Shown here one piece after another: positions 8,265 to 17,635 of a stretch of DNA of 64,000 nt. Under the pieces are notes generated by a model that saw only the letters and a list, made by a program, of their open reading frames with translations, did not search any database and was not told where the DNA came from. Source of the stretch: Candidatus Hydrogenedentota bacterium (GTDB lineage: Bacteria > Hydrogenedentota > Hydrogenedentia > Hydrogenedentales > SLHB01); NCBI GenBank assembly GCA_963668025.2, contig CAXXTH010000010.1, positions 64,001 to 128,000 on the forward strand, given 5' to 3'. The position numbers and the translations under genes were made by a program. Position 1 is the stretch's first letter; the number at the start of each line of letters is the position of its first letter.

Positions 8265-9725
8265 ATGATTCTTGTGCTGGTCTTTATACCTCTCCTCAGC
8301 GGAGCCGCCGCGTTTCTCATCCGGCGCGACGCCCCGCGCCGCGCTTTACTGGCATGCGCCGCCATAGCGCATGCGGCGGTGGCCGCGTCGGCGTGGGTGC
8401 ATCCGCCCGCGCCGCTATTCGGCGGATGGCTTGCACTTGACGCGCCTGGACTGCTGTTCCTGAGCATCGCATCCGCCGTATTCCTCGCGGCGGCCTTATA
8501 CGCATTAGGATACTTGCCCCGGATGCGGCATGAGCCGGACAGCGATTCGCCCTTCGGCGCACAGCCTGAAGCCATCTTCACCGGATGCCTGCTCTTGTTT
8601 CTGGCCTCCATGACCTTGATCTGCACCAGCGCGCATTTTGGATTGCTATGGGTCGCCGTCGAGGCCAGCACCCTGGCGAGCGCGCCGCTCATCTATTACC
8701 ACCGCAACACCCGTTCGCTCGAGGCCATGTGGAAATATCTCATGGTCTGCTCGGTGGGCGTGGCGCTGGCGTTGCTGGGCATTTTCTTCTTGGCGGTGTC
8801 GGCGCGCGTCGAGGGCGCGCAAGCGTCCGTGCTGGCGTCCGACCTGATCGCCGCCGGGCCAAGGCTTGAAGTTCCATGGCTGAAAGCGGCGTTCTTATTC
8901 TTCCTTGTGGGATACGGCACGAAAATGGGCCTTGCGCCGCTCCATAACTGGCTGCCAGACGCCCATAGCGAATCGCCCAGCCTCGTATCGGCGCTGCTCT
9001 CGGGCGCGCTGCTCAATTGCGCGTTTCTAGGCATCCTGCGGGCGTTGCAAGTATGCCAAGCCGCAGGCATCGGCGATTTCGCACAGCCGCTGCTGGTGGG
9101 ATTCGGGCTGTTGTCCATGGCCTTCGCGGGAGTGTTTATACTCAAACAAGCCGACTACAAGCGCATGCTCGCCTATTCGAGCGTCGAACACATGGGCATC
9201 CTTGCCCTCGGCGTGGGACTGGGCGGAGCGGCGGTGTTCGGCTCCATGCTCCACGCCGTGAACCACTCGCTCACGAAAGCCTTGCTCTTCTTCGTGGCGG
9301 GCAATATCCTTACCGCATACCGCACGAAATCCACAACGGATGTGCGGGGCGTATTACGCACACTGCCAATCACTGGCGCGCTATGGGTGGGCGGTTTTCT
9401 CGCGATCACCGGGTCTCCGCCCTTTGGACCATTCTTGAGCGAATTCACGATCTTGCGCGCCGCCGTAAGCCAGGGCGAGACAGCCGTCGCCATCATATAC
9501 CTTGCCCTTCTGGCGCTGATCTTCATAGGCATGGCAGGCATCGTATTGCGCATGGCGCAGGGCGCGCCAGCTAAAATGGAAACGGATACGGCAGCCCACG
9601 AGCCATGGCCAACCATCATGCCGCCGCTGGCGCTGATGGCGTTGGCGCTCTTGCTGGGCGTCTATATCCCTGGCCCGCTGCGTGATATTCTGCATGAAGC
9701 GTCGCGTACGCTGGGAGGCCTGTGA
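8265..9725 (+). CDS. hyfF: HyfF-like proton-antiporter subunit
   Basis: SLEAMWKY, GYGTKMGLAPLHNWLPDAHSE and KRMLAYSSVEHMG motifs. Confidence 0.85.
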   Translation: MILVLVFIPLLSGAAAFLIRRDAPRRALLACAAIAHAAVAASAWVHPPAPLFGGWLALDAPGLLFLSIASAVFLAAALYALGYLPRMRHEPDSDSPFGAQPEAIFTGCLLLFLASMTLICTSAHFGLLWVAVEASTLASAPLIYYHRNTRSLEAMWKYLMVCSVGVALALLGIFFLAVSARVEGAQASVLASDLIAAGPRLEVPWLKAAFLFFLVGYGTKMGLAPLHNWLPDAHSESPSLVSALLSGALLNCAFLGILRALQVCQAAGIGDFAQPLLVGFGLLSMAFAGVFILKQADYKRMLAYSSVEHMGILALGVGLGGAAVFGSMLHAVNHSLTKALLFFVAGNILTAYRTKSTTDVRGVLRTLPITGALWVGGFLAITGSPPFGPFLSEFTILRAAVSQGETAVAIIYLALLALIFIGMAGIVLRMAQGAPAKMETDTAAHEPWPTIMPPLALMALALLLGVYIPGPLRDILHEASRTLGGL

Positions 9726-11239
9726 TGAATCAGCCTCGGCCCACAACCTTATATAACGCGCAGAGCGTTCCGCTCCGCTCGATCCCGGTATTCCCCATAC
9801 ACGAATTCCGCGAACAGGTGATCCGCGATGTTGCGGCAGGCGGGCGCATCGCCTCGCTGTTCGGCGTCCCATGCGAGGAAGGCGTCCGGCTCTACGCCGT
9901 GCTGGCGCAGGATGAAAACGGCGCGCTGTCGGCCTGCGCGGCGGATGTGGCCGATGCATACCCCGCCTTGACGCCCGACTGCCCCCAGGCGCATTGGTTC
10001 GAGCGGGAACTCGCCGAGCAATGGGGCCTGCGGCCCGAGGGGCATCCTTGGCTGAAGCCCATCCGGTTCCACGCTTCATATCGTTCCGGGCATGACGCCT
10101 GGAATCGAAAAGCCAAGCCACAGCCTTGCGTGGGCGAGTTCTACCGCGTCGAAGGCGAGGAAATCCATGAAGTGGCCGTGGGACCGGTGCATGCGGGCAT
10201 TATCGAGCCGGGGCACTTCCGGTTCCAGTGCCACGGCGAGCATGTCTTCCACCTCGAAATATCATTGGGCTACCAACATCGGGGCGTCGAGCGCGCCCTC
10301 GTGGGCGGCCCCGGTAAACGCACTATCCACTACATGGAAACCCTCGCGGGCGACACATCCATTGGGCACACACTGGCGTATTGCCAAGCCATCGAAGCTC
10401 TAGCAGGCATTCATACGCCCGCCCGCTCCCATGCGTTGCGGGCCGTAGCCCTCGAACTGGAACGCCTGGCCAACCATACCGGCGACCTGGGCGCTTTGGC
10501 GGGCGACGTAGGCTATCTGCCTACGGCCTCCTATTGCGGCCGCATCCGGGGCGACTTCTTGAACATGACCGCCCTGCTATGCGGCAACCGGTTTGGCCGC
10601 AACCTGGTTCGCCCCGGCGGCGTGGCGTTCGATGCGGATGATGCCCGGGTGGAAGAACTGCTGAAGCGCCTCAAGGCAGCGCGCAAGGACGCCACCGGGG
10701 CCATCGAGCTGCTGTGGAACACGCCTTCCGTATTGGCCCGGTTCGAGGATACCGGCGTTGTCTCCATCGAGACCTGCCGCGCTTTGGGATTGGTGGGGCC
10801 TGCCGCGCGGGCCTGCGGCGTCGAGCAGGATGTGCGTGTCGATTTTCCCACGGGCATATATAGCTTCACGCATATCCCTGTATCGGCATGCTACTCCGGC
10901 GATGTCTTCGCTCGAGCGCTGGTGCGCTGGCTCGAGATCCAACGGTCGCTGGCGTTTATCGAGTCGCAATTGCACAGCCTGCCGGAAGGCGCTACGCGCG
11001 CAGCCGCAGGCGCACTCGAGCCTGAGCGGATGGCGGTATCCCTAATCGAAGGCTGGCGCGGCGAGATCTGCCATGTGGCCCTCACGGACGCGCAAGGACG
11101 ATTCATGGCCTACAAAGTGGCGGACCCCAGTTTCCACAACTGGATGGGCCTGGCCATGGCCCTGCGCGATCAGCAGATCGCCGATTTTCCTTTGTGCAAC
11201 AAGAGCTTCAACTTGTCCTATTGTGGACATGACCTCTGA
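9722..11239 (+). CDS. Ehr large subunit (NuoC-NuoD/HyfG-like) lacking the Ni-binding CxxC motifs
   Basis: GPVHAGIIEPGHFRF and ELERLANH present; ETLAGDT replaces RxCGxC and NKSFNLSYCGHDL replaces DPCxxC. Confidence 0.85.
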   Translation: MMNQPRPTTLYNAQSVPLRSIPVFPIHEFREQVIRDVAAGGRIASLFGVPCEEGVRLYAVLAQDENGALSACAADVADAYPALTPDCPQAHWFERELAEQWGLRPEGHPWLKPIRFHASYRSGHDAWNRKAKPQPCVGEFYRVEGEEIHEVAVGPVHAGIIEPGHFRFQCHGEHVFHLEISLGYQHRGVERALVGGPGKRTIHYMETLAGDTSIGHTLAYCQAIEALAGIHTPARSHALRAVALELERLANHTGDLGALAGDVGYLPTASYCGRIRGDFLNMTALLCGNRFGRNLVRPGGVAFDADDARVEELLKRLKAARKDATGAIELLWNTPSVLARFEDTGVVSIETCRALGLVGPAARACGVEQDVRVDFPTGIYSFTHIPVSACYSGDVFARALVRWLEIQRSLAFIESQLHSLPEGATRAAAGALEPERMAVSLIEGWRGEICHVALTDAQGRFMAYKVADPSFHNWMGLAMALRDQQIADFPLCNKSFNLSYCGHDL

Positions 11240-11248
11240 GGAAACGCC

Positions 11249-12004
11249 ATGTTGAAGGCCCTGCTTGAACGCATCCGCCAAGGCCACCGGACCGGCCCCT
11301 TTCCGCGTACGGAACCCGTGATGCCGGACCGTTTTCTGGGATTGCCTGCTCTCGATTCCACCAAATGCGCCGTAGGCTGCGCGGAGTGCATTGAAATATG
11401 CCCCACGGATGCCATAACTATGGGTGCTGAAGGTTTACAGTTGGACATGGGCCGGTGTCTTTTCTGCGGTGCGTGCGCCGAGGCATGCCCGGCGGGCGCG
11501 CTGGCTTTCACCCGCGGCTACAGCCTCGCCTCACGCACACGCCAGGCGCTGCTCCTGGATAGGAATCCCTACGAGAAAGCCCAAGCCCTTGATAAGGCCG
11601 CGCGCCGGGTGTTTGGGCACTCGCTCAAATTGCGCCAAGTAAGTGCGGGCGGCTGCAACGCCTGTGAGGCGGACACCAATGTATTGAACACGCTCGTGTT
11701 TGATCTGGGCCGGTTCGGCATCCAATTCGTGGCCGCGCCGCGACATGCCGACGGGCTGCTCATCACGGGCCCTGTCACGCAGAATATGGGGCTTGCACTC
11801 CGCAAAACGTATGAGGCCGTTCCCGCGCCTAAGTTCGTAGTCGCCGTGGGCGCGTGCGCCATATCCGGCGGGCCTTACGCGGGCCATGATGAAGTTCACA
11901 ACGGCGCGGAGGAAATGGTTCCCGTGGACCTCTATATCCCCGGATGCCCGCCTCATCCTTATACTATTCTGGATGGGCTATTGCGCCTTATTGGCCGCCG
12001 GTGA
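11249..12004 (+). CDS. Ehr small subunit: 2[4Fe-4S] ferredoxin fused to a NuoB/HyfI-like domain
   Basis: CAVGCAECIEICP and CLFCGACAEACP, then GGCNACE, GACA and PGCPP. Confidence 0.85.
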   Translation: MLKALLERIRQGHRTGPFPRTEPVMPDRFLGLPALDSTKCAVGCAECIEICPTDAITMGAEGLQLDMGRCLFCGACAEACPAGALAFTRGYSLASRTRQALLLDRNPYEKAQALDKAARRVFGHSLKLRQVSAGGCNACEADTNVLNTLVFDLGRFGIQFVAAPRHADGLLITGPVTQNMGLALRKTYEAVPAPKFVVAVGACAISGGPYAGHDEVHNGAEEMVPVDLYIPGCPPHPYTILDGLLRLIGRR

Positions 12005-12032
12005 GGGTATTTCGGCCAAAGGCGGAGCGGGA

Positions 12033-15000
12033 CTATTCCCCGTCGAGCAGTTTTCGCAATATCGCCGCAAGCGCTTTTATGGAAAACGGTTTGTGGATAA
12101 AATTCTCTCCCTCTACCATAGCCCCATTCATGGCGACTTCATTATCCGCATAGCCGGACATGTACAGCACTTTCACATGGGGATAACGGGCGGCTACCGT
12201 AGCATATAAATCGGGGCCGTTCATTTCAGGCATCACCACATCCGTCAGAAGCAAATGCACAGGCTTGTCATATTGCTCTAAAATGGACAAGGCATCGCGG
12301 CCATCTTGGGCGGTTAGCACCGTATAGCCATGCATTCTAAGTATTGTCTGCGTGATTTTTTTCACCTGCTCATTATCTTCAACCAGTAATATGGTCTCCG
12401 TGCCATATACATTGTCTTGGGCGGCTTGCATATGCTCTTCCTCCGGCATTGGCTCGTGAGAGACCGGGAAACGGATAATAAAAACCGTACCGCCACCGAG
12501 CTCACTCTGAACATGGATCGTTCCGCCATGCTGCCTGACAATTCCATACACCGTCGCCAAGCCAAGTCCGGTGCCTTTGTCTATGGCCTTGGTCGTAAAA
12601 AACGGTTCAAAGATATGCTCGCATGTGATGGCGCTCATGCCAAATCCCGTATCTCGGACTTCTAAACAAACTTGGTGGTGGTGGGCATCATTCGTACAAA
12701 CCGCCTCGCGGCCGCATTCCGAGCAAGCCTGCGACGTCTCGAAGTAGAGGATGCCTCCTTGCGGCATGGCGTCTTGGGCGTTCACCGCCAGATTCATGAT
12801 GACTTGTTCGATTTGGCCTATGTCGCCTTTGATAAGCGGTAGAGCAGTTCCATAGGTAATAGAAATCGCAATATCTTCCCGGATCGTTCTGCGCAGCAGC
12901 TTTTCAAATTGCGTTAAAACTCGGTTCAGGTCGATAGGCTTGAATTCAAGCACTTGCTTGCGGCTGAAGGCTAGAAGCTGCCGCACTAAATCACGCGCCC
13001 GTGTGCCCGCCTCAATGATTTCCTCCACGGAGGCCCTGCGCGTGTCTTCAATGCCGAATTCATCGAGCAAAATCTCGCCGTATCCCAGAATAGGTGAAAG
13101 CAGATTATTCAAATCATGCGCCACTCCCCCCGCCAGGCGGCCCACCGACTCGAGCTTCTGCGCTTGCTGGAATTGCGCCTCGAGGGCGGCCCTTTCGGCG
13201 TTCAGGCGGAGTTCTTCCGTGATGTCATGCTTGACGGCCACATAGCTGACCACCTGCCCCGATGAATCGTGTATGGGCGATATCACCACATCTTCCGTAT
13301 AGTGCGTTCCGTCTTTGCGCTTGTTTACAAACTGCCCATGCCAGGTCATGCCGGAGGAGAGCTGCGACCACATCTCTTGATAGAACGCATCATCCTGCTT
13401 TCCACTTTTCAAAATGCGTGGATTCTGGCCTATAACCTCCGCCCAGGAGTAGCCAGTAGTTCGTTCAAAAGCAGGATTAACATACGTTATGCACGCATCC
13501 GCTCCGGTGATTACGATCACCTCGCTGGTTTGCTCGATGGCGAGCAGCATTTTTTCATGCTCGGTTTCCGCATGCTTGCGCTTGGTGATATCGCGCGCCA
13601 CGATGAGCACGCGATCATATACGCCATTCTCTTCCATCAAAGCGGAGCTGATCTCCACGGGCACTCGCTGTCCATCCATATTGGTGACTTCAAGTTCATA
13701 GAGTAAGGCTTTTCCTTCTCCCTGTAAGCGTTGTGCATGGCGCTTCAACAGAATGTCCAGATGCTCCTCGGGAATGAATTCCTTGATGTTGCGTCTCAGA
13801 ATTTCCGATTCCTCGCAGTTGAAGAAATCAAGCCCGGCGCGGTTGATATATGTGATTTGGCCATCCATACCATGCACGAGGATGATCTCGATCGCCGTTT
13901 CGGCTACTTGCCGGTAACGCGATTCGCTGGCCTGCAGCGCCATTTCCGCCTGGCGCTGTTCCGTTATGTCTTGCGAAATACCTATATAGCTTAGAATATT
14001 TCCATCACTATCCCGAAGCGGAGAACCCGTGGAAGTATGCCAGCGCCAAACACCATCTTTGCGCCGGACCCGGTATTCAACTCCCTTGAGGCTTTCACCC
14101 CGTTTTGTAACACCAATAAAAAACTCTCGGCATGCCGGAATTTCGTTGAGATGCACATAATATTCAAAAGAGCGCCCAACCGCTTCATTCGCCGGTTCAC
14201 CCACAAATTTCAGCCAATTAGGTGAGACATAAGTGAAAATCCCTTCCAACGATAATGTGTATACCATATCGTGAGCATTTTCGACGTAGGAGCGGAACCG
14301 CTCTTCACTGTGGCGCAGCGCCTCTTCCGCTTGCTTGCGCTCGGTGATATCTTGGGCGCTGCCATATATGCGCGACACGCGGTGGCGCTCTTCGTCCCAT
14401 ACCGGATGGGCGTAATTGCGCAGCCAATGCTCCTGGCCGTCCTTATCAAACACGCGAAGCTCACACACATCCGGTTTTCCTGAAAGAAGCGCTTCCTTAT
14501 GCTGCCGGGCGCGCGAAATATCATCCGAATGCACGATGCTCAATGCCCCGCCACGGGCATTCAGTTCATCAATGGAATACGCCCAAAACGACAGGACTCC
14601 TGGGGTCGCCCACTCGATTATGGATTTTCCATCTGGCTCGATTCGCAACGCATAAGCAAAGTCGGAAATAATTTCGGATACCACCCGGTACCGTTCTTCG
14701 CTCTTGCTGAGATCCTCGAGTAGTTTTTCCCGCTCCGCGAGCGCCCGGGCAAGGCGGATGTTCCCGTAGCTTAACAGGGAGATGAGGCTGCCCAATTTCG
14801 CCAGAAAACGCATGGTAATTTCGATTTTTACCCTACTGAAACGTGGCAGCCGATCAAGCGCCTCCAAATATTTCTTTTCATCAAAACCATATCGCCGGGC
14901 TTGCTCGATAAATAGCTGGCGATCCGGTTCTTCGTCGTCAAATAGAAACTGGCCTATGTAGATGTTTCCCACCAGGTGTTCACCCAAGTACATGGGCGTG

Positions 15001-17393
15001 GCGATATCCCACATCATATTTTTGCAGCGATACATCTTGATTTCGCCAGGCTTCAGGCCTTCCGAAAAATACAAATCGCTTTCCGTGCAATTTTTACATG
15101 CTTCCGGATGCGCCCGGTGAAAATTAAGGCAGATTTCCTGCCATCCCAGGCTGATCAACACTTCGCCCGAGGTGTCGAGAATGGCAAAGCCGATGCCGGA
15201 TAGTTGATGAAAATCGTTCATGAATGACTGGACAGCTTCTACATTAATTACATCCGAGAGCCTGAGATCGCTGAGATCCGCATCGGGCTCCATCAGCGCC
15301 GTCAATTTACGCTGAACCTGCTCCTCGCTCTTGCGCAACGCCTCTTCCGCTTGTTTGCGCTCTGTAATTTCCTGCGTGCTACCATATATGCAGGACACTC
15401 GATTAAGCGCCTCGTCCCATACCGGATGGCCGTAATCACGCAGCCAATGCTCCTGGCCATCCTTATCAGATATGCGAAATTCACAAACATCCGGTCTTCC
15501 CGACAAAAGCGTTTTCCGGTGTTGCTGTTCACGCGCCATATCATCCGGATGCACGATGCTCATTTTTTTGCTAGGAGCACTAAATCCATCAAGAGGAGAA
15601 ACCCCAAATGACAGGGCGCCAGGAGTCGCCCATTCGATTATGCTTTGCCCATCAGGTTCGATACGCAATGCATACGCAAAATCCGAGATCATTTCGGATA
15701 CGACACGATACCGCTCTTCACTTTTGCGGAGGTTCCCGATAAGCTTCTCCCGTTCAACGAGCGCCCGGGCAAGGCGAATGTTCCCGTAGCTTAGCATGGA
15801 GATCAACGTAGCCAATTTGGCTAAAAAGCGCATGGCGATATCGATGTTCTCCCGGCTAAAACGGGGCATCCGGTCAAGCGCTTCCAGATACTTCTCTTCG
15901 TTAAATCCATACCGGCGGGCTTGCTCGATGAATAGCTGGCGGTCGGGCTGTTCATCTTCGAAAAGAAACTGGCCCAGGAAGATATTGCCAATATGCTGCT
16001 CCCCGAAAAATAGGGGCGTCGCGATATCCCACATCATGTTTTTGCAATGATATAATCGGGCCGTTCCGGGCTTCACATCTTGGGTTAAATAGAGATCGCT
16101 CTCCAGGCAATTGCGCTGGGTCTCAGGATGAATCCGGTGAAATTGCGTGCAGATGTCCTGCCATCCCGATGCGACTAGAATCTTGCCCGATGCATCAAGC
16201 ATTGCAATCGGGATCCGGGTCAGTCGGCTAAAATCGTCCATGAACGACTGCATAGCTTTCACATCAACCACGTCCGACAACGTGAGATCGCTCACATCAA
16301 GATCCGGTTCGAGCAAGGCGGCCAGTTTGCGCTGAACCTGCTCTTCGCTTTCGCGCATCGCCTCTTCCGCTTGCTTGCGCTCGGTGATATCCTCGAATAC
16401 GGTCGCGAAACGCTTTTCAGCGGTACGATAGGCTCTGATGGAAAAATGGCGCTTAAGCGGCTCGAAATAACGTTCGAACGTAACCGGCTCTCCTCCAAGG
16501 GCCACTTCTCCATAGATTTCGATATAAGGCGCTCTTTCCGAACCGCTGATTACATCCGTTATGCGCCGCCCGATGATATCGGCTTTTCGCAAACCGGTAT
16601 GCTTTTCGAAAGCGGGATTTACTGCAATAAATTTATAATTGATCGGTTCACCCGAATCATCTAGCACAATTTCATGTATGGCGATGCCGGAATTCGAGTT
16701 TTCCATGAGCAACCGGTTGGCATCCTCACTGGCGTGAAAAGCCTCGGCTGCCTCCAATTTATGCAATGCAAATGCCAGATCGCCCGCTATCTCCACAAAA
16801 AGGGCGCGTTCCTCCACATCATCTATATACTGGGAAGACACGGACACGGCGATTATTCCGTAGCATTTTCCGCTATGATCGAGTGTGTGGATCATGCTCG
16901 AACGTCCGCCATATTGGAAAGAGAGGGGGCAATCCGTGCAATCGGTGGAAGGAAACCTGATGAGCAACTCATGACTTGCCAGCACATCCCGGACACAGGA
17001 GGGGAAATCGCCTTGTTCAAACCGAATGCGCATGGCCTCGAAGCCGCCACCAAAGCCCGAGGACGCGGCCATGTTTGCTTGCCGCCCTTTCTCATCCAGG
17101 AGGGCAATCCAAGCCGTAAAATACCCCAGCGTTTCCGTCAGGTTCACGCACGCCCGCTCGATGAGGCGGCGGCGATCATTCTCATGGGTGATAAGCTGGT
17201 TTACATTTCGTATCGCCAGCAGCACTTGCTTGATGTGGGCCTCACGCGCCTGTGTTTCCGCTAGGCGCGCCTCGAGTTGCTCCTGATTCGCCGCTTCTGC
17301 ATCCGCCGCCTTGGATTGGAGCACATGAAGCATGGCTTCCGCCTCATGCAACCGGCGCTCCAGCTCCTCGTAGGTGGGTTTGCTTTCCTCCAT
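12033..17393 (-). CDS. Hybrid sensor histidine kinase (GAF, multiple PAS, two PocR, HisKA, HATPase, REC)
   Basis: GGVAHDLNNLL H-box, EPFFTTK...GTGLGL G-box, LLLTDVVMP receiver; two PocR domains (WQDICxxFHR...CxESD...CKNMMWD). Confidence 0.9.
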   Translation of the reverse strand: MEESKPTYEELERRLHEAEAMLHVLQSKAADAEAANQEQLEARLAETQAREAHIKQVLLAIRNVNQLITHENDRRRLIERACVNLTETLGYFTAWIALLDEKGRQANMAASSGFGGGFEAMRIRFEQGDFPSCVRDVLASHELLIRFPSTDCTDCPLSFQYGGRSSMIHTLDHSGKCYGIIAVSVSSQYIDDVEERALFVEIAGDLAFALHKLEAAEAFHASEDANRLLMENSNSGIAIHEIVLDDSGEPINYKFIAVNPAFEKHTGLRKADIIGRRITDVISGSERAPYIEIYGEVALGGEPVTFERYFEPLKRHFSIRAYRTAEKRFATVFEDITERKQAEEAMRESEEQVQRKLAALLEPDLDVSDLTLSDVVDVKAMQSFMDDFSRLTRIPIAMLDASGKILVASGWQDICTQFHRIHPETQRNCLESDLYLTQDVKPGTARLYHCKNMMWDIATPLFFGEQHIGNIFLGQFLFEDEQPDRQLFIEQARRYGFNEEKYLEALDRMPRFSRENIDIAMRFLAKLATLISMLSYGNIRLARALVEREKLIGNLRKSEERYRVVSEMISDFAYALRIEPDGQSIIEWATPGALSFGVSPLDGFSAPSKKMSIVHPDDMAREQQHRKTLLSGRPDVCEFRISDKDGQEHWLRDYGHPVWDEALNRVSCIYGSTQEITERKQAEEALRKSEEQVQRKLTALMEPDADLSDLRLSDVINVEAVQSFMNDFHQLSGIGFAILDTSGEVLISLGWQEICLNFHRAHPEACKNCTESDLYFSEGLKPGEIKMYRCKNMMWDIATPMYLGEHLVGNIYIGQFLFDDEEPDRQLFIEQARRYGFDEKKYLEALDRLPRFSRVKIEITMRFLAKLGSLISLLSYGNIRLARALAEREKLLEDLSKSEERYRVVSEIISDFAYALRIEPDGKSIIEWATPGVLSFWAYSIDELNARGGALSIVHSDDISRARQHKEALLSGKPDVCELRVFDKDGQEHWLRNYAHPVWDEERHRVSRIYGSAQDITERKQAEEALRHSEERFRSYVENAHDMVYTLSLEGIFTYVSPNWLKFVGEPANEAVGRSFEYYVHLNEIPACREFFIGVTKRGESLKGVEYRVRRKDGVWRWHTSTGSPLRDSDGNILSYIGISQDITEQRQAEMALQASESRYRQVAETAIEIILVHGMDGQITYINRAGLDFFNCEESEILRRNIKEFIPEEHLDILLKRHAQRLQGEGKALLYELEVTNMDGQRVPVEISSALMEENGVYDRVLIVARDITKRKHAETEHEKMLLAIEQTSEVIVITGADACITYVNPAFERTTGYSWAEVIGQNPRILKSGKQDDAFYQEMWSQLSSGMTWHGQFVNKRKDGTHYTEDVVISPIHDSSGQVVSYVAVKHDITEELRLNAERAALEAQFQQAQKLESVGRLAGGVAHDLNNLLSPILGYGEILLDEFGIEDTRRASVEEIIEAGTRARDLVRQLLAFSRKQVLEFKPIDLNRVLTQFEKLLRRTIREDIAISITYGTALPLIKGDIGQIEQVIMNLAVNAQDAMPQGGILYFETSQACSECGREAVCTNDAHHHQVCLEVRDTGFGMSAITCEHIFEPFFTTKAIDKGTGLGLATVYGIVRQHGGTIHVQSELGGGTVFIIRFPVSHEPMPEEEHMQAAQDNVYGTETILLVEDNEQVKKITQTILRMHGYTVLTAQDGRDALSILEQYDKPVHLLLTDVVMPEMNGPDLYATVAARYPHVKVLYMSGYADNEVAMNGAMVEGENFIHKPFSIKALAAILRKLLDGE

Positions 17394-17635
17394 CTCTACC
17401 TTCTCCATCCACGAGGGTGAACTGTCTTTGCCCTCCTTTCAGTATACACGGCAGGGTACGGTTACAAAAACAAGAAAAATAGGAAAAATATTGCATGCAA
17501 GCCTCATTCATCAACCCGGCCTGCTCCGAAGAAAGCACGGCAAAAAATAGTAGGGACGCTGGAGCCATCGCAAATCATTCCAGCGTCCCCCGCAGAGAAA
17601 AGGGCCTGTCGCGTTGCTGCTTTATGGTTCAGATG

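Noticed and set aside
4710-12004. Group 4 [NiFe] hydrogenase or formate hydrogenlyase
   Set aside because: The large subunit lacks both Ni-binding CxxC motifs and there are no fdh or hyp genes, so it is called Ehr instead.
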